A DNA stretch of 64,000 nt from Styela clava (Eukaryota), in the NCBI RefSeq assembly GCF_964204865.1, contig NC_135258.1, positions 7,936,001 to 8,000,000 of the forward strand, read 5' to 3'. Shown piece after piece: positions 1 through 11,692 of the stretch. Every line of letters starts with the position of its first letter. The first letter of the stretch is position 1. The notes beneath the pieces were generated by a model, which was not told where the DNA came from, searched no databases, and was given only the letters and a program-made list of their open reading frames with translations. Made by a program: the position numbers and the translations under genes.

Positions 1-9
1 TGAGGCCCT

Positions 10-767
10 GAGTTTATTTTGTTTGTCGAACCATAAACATACAATATATGCACACATATAGAAATAATAATAATAAAAAACAGATGCTTAGGTGAATGAC
101 TGGGAGACAACGATACGACCTTTTGGGTTTCATCAGAATCTGTTGCCCCCCATACAATTATAACAACTAATAATAAAATGATTTAACAGGTTTTGTGTTA
201 ATTTTTCAATGCCTCTCATTTATTCACTATAAACACTATTTGCGAGAATTTTTAAATTTGATTCCAACTTAGTGATTTGAACCTGCAATCGCTAAACAGT
301 CGAATAAAAATACGATGCTCAATAGGATAGGATTTACATATTTATCGTGGGAGAGAGGGAATCCGATAGGACGGCTTAACCATGTGATATGGCTAACCAC
401 GCCTCTCGCCAAGTTACCATTCCATGTCGGGTATGGGATTTGTTAGTTATTTGTTTTCGGTAGCATGGACTTGATTGATGAAGCCGTAACCGACCAGTAG
501 TTACGTGAACCACCCTACGGACCCATAATTTGGACCAAACTTCCGCAGCGCCACAAGGAATGAAAATTTCTCTGAAAAAATAATTTTTCAAAGATGTTTC
601 TCAGATAACTCGGCTCGGCGATATTCTCAGCATATATGAAGTTAAGGTTAAAGTCATCCAACTTCACTCGATATATCAACACCCAATAAGACCAAAAATA
701 AGAGATATACATTTTATTGTAAAAATGGTGTCTTATTTCAATTTTCTTTCGAAAAATAACACTAGGG

Positions 768-798
<31 letters not shown>

Positions 799-3308
799 CG
801 TTTATTTTCATTTAGAGAATTACGAGATTTCGAATATATATACAGAATATCAAAAACGATATCCATTTACTTACAAATAACAAATTTTTCTTTAAAATAA
901 CAGCTAAACATAGAATATTAATCTTTTAAAACGATTAGGAAAGATTGTTTGCTATAGACCAAGGCAAAAAAAAAATTGCGCTATCGACTAGGTGTTATTT
1001 TAAGGGAAGGGCTTATATTAAAATCCTTTTTAAAATTCATGCCAAGTCTTATTTTTGGGTAAACACGGTATATAGTACGTGTCATGATATTAAAATATGC
1101 GTATCACAAATTTTCAACAAGGATTACATTGCCAAAATATATTAAAAAAAATATACTACATGCATGGAACGAAGGATAATGGCATATATAAAGGTTATAA
1201 GAACATCTAATATTCTGGAGTGTATAAAATAATACATTATCTATTTGACTTGAGCTCTTGCTAAAGAATTACTAGCATACTGTTTGTTAATAATCTTATG
1301 TCTCCTCTTTTGCGTGAATATTTAACCTTATATCGAGAAAAACGTTTTAAAATTTTTAAAGCGACATTGTTGTATGAAATTATATTTCAAGCAGTCAACT
1401 TTATCTGTCAGAAGAGTAACTGGCGAACATATAATAGGAAAGGCATTAATATTGGCGCGAAATATAGTTTCTACGTCGCGCAAAAATACGGTTGCATTTT
1501 TGAATGGGTGGCATACATATTGTGTAAAACTATCAACTTTCAAATTTTTATCATGTGTGTAAGACCGAAAAAGAGTTAGTAACGATTGTGGGCATCCATC
1601 GGGATTGACACTTTCCATAGAAACAAACAAACAATTTGAACCCTGCGGGCCCGCTGGAAACATCGAGGCTAATTTTTCACTGTTGGACATCATTAAAATT
1701 ACAATTAAGTTGTATCAACGAGGACGTGGAAAACCTAATGGCCTCGCTAGATCACCTATAGTAAATATTTTACGTTTTTCGACGCAAAAGAATCGAAATA
1801 TCTTACCAATAAGTTGATAAGAGCTGTAACACCAGTCGCGCAACGGGTCTTTTAAATTTTGTACGTTATAATGTACAACTTGTATGCTTCAATGAAATTT
1901 GTAAGGCCGCACAATGTGCTATGAATGAGTTCGTTTACATTTATAATTTTTGGAGCAACTGTTGCAACAGCTCATTAAATCAAGAAAACTTTTCCCGAAA
2001 AAATTCATTTTATCTGATTCTGAAATGATTAATATAAACGCAGGCTTCAAACGTTCGGCATGGCGCGACTGTGAACAGGTATCACAATACCAGTTCAAAT
2101 AATACCTGCTTTAAACGTATGCTTTAGGTGAATGACGTTTCATACTTGCGCGGGAAAGCGATATGTGTTTTCATAAGGAACGCAGAGCTGCTACGTTGCA
2201 ACGTAATTGCAAAACGAAGTAATTAGGGAACGTCGTTGTTCAACTCAAGTTGGCGCAGCGGACATGTGAAGAATTGGAGAACATTGAATGAAATAGCTTA
2301 TACAACTTTACTGGTTCATGATGAATTCAATTTAACGGTACTATTCAAAAGCTATCTTTAACCTCTATGTGTCGATATCATATTAGATTAACACAACAAC
2401 AAATTTAAGTTTTTGTTATTTAATTCAAAAACTTTCAAACAAATTTCACGCTTTTCAATATTGTCGATTTTTGTACGATAATCGCGACATTTTATCACCA
2501 TCTCATAATTATCGTTAGTCTCCTAGATTTTCTCTCAAACAATATAAAACTTGTCTGAATATGTTATAAGGTTCGTGAGATATGAGGTTTCGAAGTTGCA
2601 TACTTCAAGATAACGGATCTAAAACAAACCAGGGCTACCGCGTTACCACGATTCTTCGGACACAAAATGGCATCCTTTATGCACCATTGCACTCGTTGTC
2701 TCCACTTGGTTTCTAATCACTTTTGTCAAAGTATACTGACTGCCGTCTAAAACAGGGATTTCCAATCCGGGGGCCGCATGCGGCCCACAGGAAGAATTCG
2801 TGCGGCCCACTTGAAGTTTTTATATAAATACGGACATATAAACATATCTTACATAACAATTTTCTGGTATGATGTCAAATCATACTAGAATTTAGGCTTT
2901 AATTTCACGCGACTCCGCCCTAAGAAAAGCGTTGTTAAACGCCACAGAACATGATTTTATAGAAGGCCACTCAAGCGTGCTACATCTTTGGCGATACAAT
3001 GAGTTTTCTACCCATTGTGAAGTCATCAAGGTTGAAGTCACATACCGGTACTGTGTTTTATCGATGGTTGTTGAACCACAAAAACAAATCCACCGGTATG
3101 TCTGGAACAAAATAGATGAAGCTTGAGGATAAAAAATCGGAAATATCAAAAGGATTGGGAAGAGTTGTAAGGTAACGATGTATGCGTAATATGCCTGTTT
3201 CGATCTTTAAGTATTATATTTGAAAAGCATAGGTGTATGCTGACGAACGAAAATTTGACAAACCAGTTAGTTACATTGTGCGGTATCAAAACTACCCGTT
3301 GATATTAA
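10..3308 (+). repeat. Segmental duplicate of ~40369-43930 (far-upstream block shared by copies 1 and 4)
   Basis: Colinear high similarity with indels; ORF pairs 1605/42067 and 2932/43556. Confidence 0.9.
322..520 (-). mobile_element. 3' part of a tRNA-derived SINE with a (CCTAT)n-like tail
   Basis: The minus strand ends ...GTAAATCCTATCCTATT. The body aligns with the intron-2 SINE of copy 5 (52553-52745). Paralog at ~40680-40878. Confidence 0.6.
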
Positions 3309-3629
3309 ACAGTTGGGCAATGACATTCAAAGGCAAGTTTCGCACTAGTTGAAGAGAAAAATTGCTGACTTTATTTTTGTTTCTTCTGATTTTTTACGCC
3401 AATGTATGTGCATTTTGCCTAAAAATTGAGTCCATGGTCTTTGCGTGCATCTTGTGTTCAGAAATCCACAAAATTGTTGTGCAATCCAGGCGTTTGATTT
3501 AGCGACGCTCAAATTCTAACGTAAATCGGAATTGGGTTGGTATTTAAGTTTGGTAAAAACGTTTGCGGCCAGCAATGAATTTCCCCATGTGAAAGTGGCT
3601 GGCGACACTTAAAATGTTGGACATGCCTG
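2753..3629. mobile_element. hAT (Charlie-type) non-autonomous element
   Basis: TIRs CAGGGATTTCCAA / TTGGACATGCCTG with a perfect 8-bp TSD GTCTAAAA (2745-2752, 3630-3637). Empty site at ~60418; right-truncated copy at ~43377-43930. Confidence 0.85.
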
Positions 3630-4860
3630 GTCTAAAACGCGCAGACGATCACCTGGAATCAAACGAGCTATCTCTCTCGTTTCTTGTCGTAACGATCCCG
3701 ATATGAGAGAGATCGCCGGCGTCGGATATGCCATATCGGGCGATCGTAGCTTTACTTTGGCAAGCTCTCTTGCGTGATTGTGATGTCGTAGTGTGGTAAC
3801 TTTTGGATGGCGTAGTCAGGTGTGGGCTAGGAATAACATATGCAAAAATGTTTGTTCCACTTCAACTAGAAGTACTTACGACGTTTAGTGAACATGAGCC
3901 AAGTAAGCTAATATGACTTTAATTAATGAGGTTAATTGACAAGTTCCGTAAAACTTTTTGCCTCAATATCAAATATAGCAAGTAGAAAATCGTGCTATAA
4001 CGTCTGAATATTTTGACGAACTCATGTTATTTTCAAGTTGATGTCGTTGAAACTTTTAGTTGGCAACGATTTTCGTTCTCATAATTATTAGATATATATT
4101 TTCCTCGCAATATTTAAAACTTCAAACCTTCACAAACTTATCGCTCCATTATAATGAGGCACCTACAATAATGTGTACGGCACATAACAATATTCGTTGT
4201 GCTGTGTTACATATCATCTTATACTATTAAAAATGAATACTGTGAACACCCATTAAACCAGCCTCTGATAATAATAATATTCATTGAATAAAGAAGCACG
4301 GTTACCGTGGTGGGATTTTGTACACGAAATATAATCCTGTAGACGGAGAGTGTAAACTATATGATAATGCTTACGCAAAAATATCTATCTTTACCTGATA
4401 TACTGGGAACTCATTTCAACTGTTTTTTAATGTAAATAAATCATTATCTCTTGCGTCCGCTTTAGCGTGACATCATAATGTACAGATTATATCGGCATCT
4501 GACGGTAGTTGAAATTTATATTAAATATATAAAGATATAGAAATTGAACACAATTAGTTCAACGGAAAAGATGACTTTAACGGATTAGTTTACCGGAAGC
4601 GAATCGTACATTGCTATATATCGGAACAATGTCAGGGGAGAGGAAATATGGCTTTCAAACTCTTTCATATTTCACCACATTCTAGGTAAAAGCAAAACTA
4701 TACGAGCAAAGATGCTCAAACAAAGGCAGTTGTCGTAATAAATGCTTTTGCCCCTGCACTCCATAGATCATAACATTATTAAAACATTGTACAAGATTGT
4801 CTTACAATATATAGATCGTAAATCAGTATTGAGATGGTCTACTTGAGAGTCTAGACTCTG

Positions 4861-5174
4861 CAGTGGTTCTCAACCTTTTTTCCTTCGTGACCCACTTTCG
4901 TTTTATAAAAATTCTGTGGCCCACTTAATTTTTCATGCAAGGAAAAAACAACAAGAAAAACAAGACTCTTTTGGCAAAAAATAAATACTTCCATTTTAGT
5001 AACTAGATAGAAAAGCAGCAGCATCATTTATTGCTACTGCAATAAAAATTTGACTATAATGACGCAAATTGAACTTTTCAATAACTATAGTAATTTTTAA
5101 TAGACTTGTTGCCCACTTGAAAATGTCTCTTATGTCCCAGCAGTGGGCGATGGCCCACTGGTTGAGAACCAGTG
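4861..5174. mobile_element. hAT MITE
   Basis: CAGTGGTTCTCAACC ... GGTTGAGAACCAGTG with internal (G/T)GGCCCAC-type motifs; the TSD is degenerate. Confidence 0.75.
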
Positions 5175-5193
5175 CTCTAGTGTCTAGATAGAT

Positions 5194-6634
5194 CATAGGT
5201 TCTCAAAGTGCCCCGTACGGCTCCGTACGGAGCCCCAGGGCTCCGCGAGAGAAACCCGGGGGCTCCGCGAGCTATTCGATTACTTTTCAAAATACTGAAT
5301 AATTTTGTATCTGTTCAAAGAAGCAATAACAGCTTTGATAAAATCTGACTACAATATAGCCTCGAAATATGGTAAAGAGGCGGAATTAAAAATGACATTA
5401 TCTATAAGCTGGAGAGCAGCCAGGATTTTTAAGAGGGGAGGGGGGATCGGAAATTTCCGCGCAACATTCTTCGCAATTAAAAAAAAAACGGATAACGAGA
5501 TTTCTGTTGCGTTAAACATTCAATCCATGAACGATGCAAGCATTTAAAGTGTCTTGTCGTAATAATTATGTAATTGTGCTCATCGTTACTCACGTTTGAT
5601 TTGAGATTACTATTAGGATTACTAAAATGAAAGAATACTATTCTAAAATAACATAAAATCCGTGATAAACTGCCAACTATAAATAAGGTCGTATTTTTGC
5701 GATCTTTTATTTATGAAACTTAATTTTATTTCGCACTCGAGAATATTCTTAGGCAAGATATCGCCTTTTAAAAATCATAGGGTCTGGGCGAAATACGATT
5801 GATTGAAATTTATTTTATTGCATGCGGCTCCGCCAGTAGTTTCAGAATGAAAAAAGGCACATCGCGCGCACAATTGACTGTGTTTCGATTTCGCAGTTAC
5901 CGGTACTACGATGAATAACCAAGGAAAACCTAACATAACACCAAATTTTGTGATTACAATGCCTATAAAAGCGTTTTTAATCTGACACGAGTCTAGTAAA
6001 TTATAGTGTGATCTTCAATTTTAAGTTTTGATATTTTAGAATGCCGTTTTTCAATCAGGAAATTTGAGCTGTGGATTTACCTCTTATTAATTATTATTTT
6101 TAGCATTTCATCGCCGATGACTATAATTTGGTAACATGTTTTTGACATTGAACTCATAATTCCCCAATCCCCACGAGAACAAAAAAGCAATTATCGTCGT
6201 CATTGTGGAACATGTATATGCCGAAGGAAATTTTTGATTTAGGGAGAATAAACACAGGCGTAAAGTTAAAAAACATGCCATGCTGACGAAAGCAATTGGC
6301 AATTGTAACAAAATGCAATCGCGCCCGTTATTAGCGGCTTTTAAGTCTTCCGAAAATGTCAAAATGGAAAAGATTCGACCCCTAATTTATTAATATATTT
6401 GTCAAGTGTCAAATTTACAGCTTCAGTATATATAATTTATCTTTGAAATTTAGGTTTATTTATTACTTGTATCGACCCTATTAAAAAGGTTTAGCATTTA
6501 AATTATGTAAAGTACTTTTAACCTACTCTGGAATATTAATCGGAAAGTAACAGTTTTAACATTTCTTTTGGGGCTCCGTGAATAATAGCCAATCTTTTCA
6601 AGGGCTCGCAACACCAAAAGTTTGAGAACCCCTG
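5194..6634. mobile_element. hAT non-autonomous element, about 1.4 kb
   Basis: CATAGGTTCTCAAA ... TTTGAGAACCCCTG with repeated subterminal GGGCTCCG motifs. It is absent at the paralogous GTCTAGAG site 14198-14205. Confidence 0.7.
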
Positions 6635-6673
6635 GCCTAGAGCAGTTCTTCTCAAACGGGTGTTTATACAACC

Positions 6674-7016
6674 GGCTCGGGTTCCAAATAGCGACTGTCA
6701 GAACAGCGACAGTCATAATGGCGACTTCATAATAGCGACGTAATCGAGTGAGCGACTGTCATAATGGCGACCGCATTAAAACAGCGACTGTTATGATAGC
6801 GTTAGGGTTGGGGTTAGTCCAAATGAAATGTTGTTTTAAAGTCCCTTTTGGTTTCAATCTTTCACTACGCAGTGTTTGCCTGTTTGTGCGTGCATACGTG
6901 TGTAGAGAGTTCCCTAACCCTAACACGAGTTAAGTCGCTATCATACCAGTCGCTGTTTAATGCGGTTGCCATTATGACAGTCGCAGTTTTGACAGGCGCT
7001 ATCAGGCCTGGATACC
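6674..7016. mobile_element. Foldback MITE with GG..CC ends and 8-bp TSD (possibly Mutator-like)
   Basis: TSD ATACAACC (6666-6673, 7017-7024). Arms are built of AGCGAC/GTCGCT repeats and GTTAGGGTT/CTAACCCTAAC. Paralogous copies at 14237-14532, 24646-24939 and 44445-44767; empty site at ~61700. Confidence 0.78.
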
Positions 7017-7946
7017 ATACAACCAGGGGTACCAAAGATTTAAAGGTTATATCACATCGATAGAGTGTCCAATGGTGTACCACATAAAAAATGATTTGGT
7101 ACACTAACTTAATTTATTGCATTGTGTCACAAATAAAGCATAACGTGTATGTGCATTTAGTTAAGCACCTTGCTACATTTATATTGCGTCGCCCCACCGT
7201 TACCCAAAATGTGGTTGTATGATTGGCATAATAGAACTACCGTAGGTTATTTTAAACCCATCTCACGCTAAAAAAGAAGTGTCATAAGCAAACATTTTAC
7301 GCAAAATGTGATCACGGGGGATTGTACGTAGCTATCGAGATCACACAATCGATCGATGAGGAAAAAACTTGCTTTAACATCATTGGCAATGATCGTTGTA
7401 CTGGTGTTCTTAACAGGTTAGTAATTCTCAGATGCGTACTATCTGAAAGTTACTACATAAAAATTACTTCCATAGTAACCCAAGTAGATACAACAACAAA
7501 CGCAACAATAAACAACAATTTCATGAGATCAATAAGTATTGCCACTTATGACCTGATGCCTGAAGCTATTGATAAAGCTGAAATAGAATCATAAATATCC
7601 TGTTCCATATTCGAAAAAAAACGAGATACAAAGGCTACGCATAACTCCAGAGGCTATAAGATTTGAATAAATATAATCGATTCTAAATCGATATCAATTC
7701 TGAAACAGAAAAGGGTTATGCACAGGGGCGTGTCAAACTGTTTTGCTGCATGGGGTTTGATTCTGATATCGATGCTCCTTAAACCTAACTTCTAAAATAA
7801 TTTGGCTTATAAACATATTATAAATGTTGTTATGCATGATAAATAATAAATTAAAGGCACATAACAATGAAATGTTTGTATTGTTTAAATTTTAATCGCC
7901 AAACTAAGCAAAAAAAATCACTCCTATAACCTGCTGCCCTGGTTAT

Positions 7947-7956
7947 GGGATATTCC
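7947..7956 (+). promoter_or_regulatory. Candidate NF-kB/Rel site
   Basis: GGGATATTCC fits GGGRNWYYCC and lies ~330 bp upstream of the TATA box. It is identical at 45682-45691, with variants GGGATTTTTC and GGGATATTTC in copies 2 and 3. Confidence 0.35.
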
Positions 7957-8277
7957 ATATTTATATCAAAACTGAAACATCAGCACCAGCAAGTATTATT
8001 TAAATCAGGCGATAAATAGGTCTTAATGAGATTGCAAGAATAACCGCAATACTGCACACTTTGAAGACCTAATTTGATTAAATATCACAATGCTGCAGTT
8101 TTCAACGCGGAACAATACACGTGATGAATAAAGTAAATAGCCTGCTGACCTAGAGGTAAGTTTTCGCGTGTTTGTGTTTATTAGCGACATACTAATTCCA
8201 TTCTGCTGCCGTTGTAGCCGTGACATAACTGCCTACTGAAACTCATTTAACCGCAGAGTCAACAACGCAATGCGTTG

Positions 8278-8287
8278 TATATAAAAG
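8278..8287 (+). promoter_or_regulatory. TATA box of copy 1 (paralogs at 16226, 33640, 46013, 50615)
   Basis: TATATAAAAG lies 63 bp upstream of the ATG. It is conserved in all intact copies (TATAAAAG in copy 5) and mutated to TATGTAAAAG in the 62.9-kb relic. Confidence 0.75.
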
Positions 8288-8340
8288 CAATTATTCTGGG
8301 CCGTTTGGTATTTTATTCCTGTGAATTTCATCAGACGGAC

Positions 8341-11300
8341 ATGATGTGGACGGGCAATACTAAGTCATTTTTCTTGGTGACTTCAATCATTCTCCAATAC
8401 TTCGCTTGTGAGTCTCAAGCAAGTATTAGTCTCGGAACTTGTCATCTTTTGTGTAATGAGGAAGAAGCTTGTAAGAAAGGGCCTCCTGGACCACCTGGCG
8501 AGCGCGGCCCAGAAGGACCTCGCGGAATGATGGGACCAGCAGGGCCACCTAGTACTTGCTGCGAAGATCTAGTTGAACGATACGAACAGCTTGAACATCA
8601 AGTTCAAGAGTTGGATGGTATGTTATCAAATGTTGCGATGCATTGGGAAACTTTACTTTTTCTGTTATAGTCTCTCGTTTAATATTAGTTTGGTATAGTT
8701 TATTATTTTGACGAAAGATTGCAAGTTACTAACTTGCATTACATTTGTACTTGTTGCTTGTACATTCGGGCAATTGTTATTTGCGTAGGAAAAAATGAAA
8801 TAGATATAATTTTTTGGGCAATTCGATACGATACAAAGAACAATACTTTGACTTGGAAGTTTATTTATACTCGTAACATAGCTCGAAAACAGGTAAAAAT
8901 AATTTTCCAAACAATTCTTAGTTTTTTAAATTATTAAAACAGACATGGAACATAATATAAGTGACATCACTTTCTCTAGAATGGATGTTTGCACGGGACT
9001 GTGCAGCGGTAAAAAGTCACGTGATATCAAGTGGAACTTACGTGATTCATCCTTTCAATGAAAGTAAACGAGGAGTCCAAGTGTATTGTGATCAAGAAAC
9101 CGATGGTGGTGGATGGATTGTGAGTAGAGTTTTGAAAACCCTCATGTACCCTTGTATCACCATACGACGTTGAGGAGTTGGGCAATCCTTATGCCTATAA
9201 TCATCCACAGGATTCAAACCTGCGAACCCACGCAGTGTAATCAGAGGTGTTATGGAAAGCGTCGTCCTACCACGTCGCCTTAGATTTTAGACCAATGCGT
9301 CGCGCAAAAATTATAACCATATAATATTGCATATGTTCGTTTTATGACACAAAAGGAAAGAATACCAACATCTGAGTAGAATAGTTGTCCCTAAAATTTG
9401 ACGATCGCAACTCATTTTAATTAACCTGTCACATTCTTTTTTAGGTAATACAAAGAAGACTTGACGGATCGGAAGATTTTTATCGTGACTGGAATGACTA
9501 TGTCACCGGTTTCGGGTACATAGAACGAGAATTCTGGCTAGGTATACTTTAAATCATGAACATAATTTTGCGTTGGTTATTTAAAATATGATAAAATTTA
9601 TATAATTTCATACTGATGATGGCGTAGATGATGACAAGGCAATGTTTTTTTCTCGTTTTGTCTCAAATTTTCTATCAATAAGGATTCGGTATTCCGACTA
9701 TCATATATATACTGGATGGATCTGAAGAAGATTAAGATTAATGTTAAATTAATTTCACAAAACTGTCACTCTACTTCTGGTCCACCAAATATACCATCAA
9801 AATATACCAGATTCTAAACAATTTTATTTCTCAAATTATGACCTTGGCTTGTGACACGGGAATGCAGTGACTTGATTCGATACCATTCTCGAGTGTTAAA
9901 AACTTCCGTGGTTCAAGGTTTGAGTTCAGAAACGTTGGCCTAACACTAACAATCGATATCTTCATAATTCACAGGACTGGAAACGATGCATAGAATATCT
10001 ACCAATGGTCCTCATGAGATTCGATTCGATTTTATCACAAAAGACAACCAAAAAATATTTGCAAAATACGGGTAATGGAAGTTTTTTTACGCACTGCGAA
10101 GTATTTTGTATACCTCATTTAATTTTTGGTAAACTGAAAGAGCGTAAAAAGACTTAAAAAACGGTCGATTATTCAGTGAACTACCATTTTTGAGTTTGCT
10201 TTTAGTATTGCATGTGAATATACAGAGTGTATTTAAAGTCCCTTCACAGTATAAATTTTATGAAGTTAGTTCTCAATATATTTACACCAGGTTTGTTGTA
10301 ATTTAATCAGTAATTGTTTGAGAATATTTACTTCATTTAACACATCTGTGAGGACCAGAACAATATATCGATAAATTCCATTTGCAATTATGGAAAATTC
10401 CAAGACTTCATGGTCGCCCCGTATATTTCGATTCTAGGCGGCTACATAAAAGTAACAAAGTAATTGGTTGTAGCATTTGATTTTTTAAAGATTTCTCCAC
10501 ATTTTCGTTTGTTGATCGTCATTGTTCCTTGCAAATTTGTTTCAAGTAGACTCATCCTAAAATAACCTAAAATATCATATATATATATATATAAATTATA
10601 AATATACAAAAATACTTTAATTTTTAGACAATTTCAAATTGCTGGAGCAGAGGACAATTATCGAATAACGATTACCGGATATTCAGGAAATGCAGGTATG
10701 CTCAAAATAATTTTTATAATCTACAATTGACAATAACGCTGTTTTTCGGTTTATATAGCAGTGGTTACGAACCGGAGGTCCCAATGGGGCATAGCAATTA
10801 GAGGGCGCCACAGTGCTAGACGCGAAACTGATCTTACTTATGCCTTGGCAAGTAAGCTTCCCGTTCTACCTAGTTTCGTTTCTTGATAACGTTGTTTTTG
10901 AGGGTGTTTTCACTTTGTTGAGCGTGTATTGTTTAACATAATTGGATTGATTGTGATAAACAGAGGGGTCATGGGAGCTAAAAGTCTCCGGAAGGAAAAA
11001 CGACTCACGATCCATAAAAGGTTTGCAAACCACTGGTATATAGTATGTGTGAGGGCAACAACATGATTTTAATTGCCTAATCTTCATATCTCATAAAGAT
11101 AGGATTTGATCGAGTACCATGTATTGCACTACACTTATTCTAGAGTCATTAAATTCATCATGTTGTTTCAATTAACAGGCGATTCGATGGCGCATCATAA
11201 CAATAACCAATTTTCGACGAAGGATCAAGAAAACGACCAGGACCCAGGAAAAAATTGCGCTGAATCGTACATAGGGGGTTGGTGGTACAACTATTGTCAC

Positions 11301-11435
11301 CACGCTAACTTGAATGGTTTATACACAGGCACATCGACCGAGGGTTTATCCTGGTTTAAGTGGAAAAATACATACACTCCATTTGCCAAATTTGTGGAAA
11401 TTAAGATCAGGAAATCAGCCGTGCCAGATCTTTAA
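8341..11435 (+). CDS. Ficolin-like protein, copy 1 (signal peptide, short collagen, neck, fibrinogen C-terminal domain), 311 aa, 6 exons
   Basis: Exons 8341-8617, 8980-9119, 9445-9541, 9975-10071, 10628-10695 and 11179-11435 are all GT-AG bounded and join into a 936-nt open frame. Collagen: [24 protein letters not shown]. FReD motifs: [83 protein letters not shown]. Confidence 0.93.
9147..9305 (-). mobile_element. 5' head of a tRNA-derived SINE in intron 2
   Basis: The minus strand carries an A-box-like GCATTGGTCTAA and a B-box-like GGTTCGCAGGTTTGAATCC. Homologues occur in intron 2 of all copies (~17120, ~34502, ~46880, ~52553-52745, ~63061). Confidence 0.6.
10223..10421. mobile_element. Degenerate Tc1/mariner-type MITE in intron 4
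   Basis: TA|CAGAGTGTATTTAAAGTC ... GACTTCATGGTCGCCCCG|TA. Present, variably degraded, in copies 1-4 and absent in copy 5 (~53470). Confidence 0.55.
10759..11035. mobile_element. hAT MITE in intron 5
   Basis: CAGTGGTTACGAACC ... GGTTTGCAAACCACTG with TSD TTATATAG/GTATATAG. Paralogous copies at 18717-18992 and 36083-36358, truncated at ~48565, and an empty site in copy 5 (~53810). Confidence 0.78.
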
Positions 11436-11471
11436 TAGTATAGAAGTGAAATAGTTTATAACATCTACGTA

Positions 11472-11674
11472 CAGGGTGATCATAAAGTCGCACATCGAGG
11501 TAAATCTCAAAGATACAAAAACCTTGAAAAATTATTCGATCCCGAGACGCAGTCTTCTCTGATTCATCATAATAACAATATAAAATTAGAATGAGTCGCC
11601 TATTGACGTACACGTACACGGTTTGACGTAGATTGCGAGTTTTACTCTGGTGCGCGACTTTATAGCCACCCCTG
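11472..11674. mobile_element. Tc1/mariner-type MITE in the 3'UTR
   Basis: TA|CAGGGTGATCATAAAGTCGCAC ... GCGCGACTTTATAGCCACCCCTG|TA. Homologues follow every exon 6 (e.g. 19432-19626, ~36807, ~49098, ~54269, ~22687). Confidence 0.68.
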
Positions 11675-11692
11675 TATTATAGCTTACAGTCA

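Noticed and set aside
777-794. G18 run as a functional G-quadruplex
   Set aside because: The paralogous site (~41248) has only 4 G; likely slippage or a sequencing artefact inside a MITE.
1328-1693. 121-aa minus-strand ORF (MMSNSEKLASMF...)
   Set aside because: No recognisable domain, and the paralogous copy near 42.0 kb has an in-frame stop (TTG->TAG).
6688-6800. Short AGCGAC-containing repeats resembling a CRISPR-like or iteron array
   Set aside because: They are mirrored as GTCGCT in the other arm of a foldback MITE, have no unique spacers, and the context is eukaryotic.
6800-6925. TTAGGG/CCCTAA motifs as interstitial telomere
   Set aside because: Only 1-2 units, placed symmetrically within MITE arms.
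7322-7594. Recurrent ORF MYVAIEITQSID... (also 15258, 32680)
   Set aside because: Recurrence is explained by unit duplication. It has a non-ATG start and frameshifting indels between copies.
8275-8340. ORF-track N-terminal extensions (MYIKAIILG...) of exon 1, and similar extensions of other exons
   Set aside because: They begin at TTG/GTG, run through the TATA box or introns, and are artefacts of unspliced ORF calling. The true start is taken as the ATG before the signal peptide.
9147-9305. Functional tRNA gene
   Set aside because: Only degenerate A/B boxes, no clear cloverleaf, and continuous with a SINE body.
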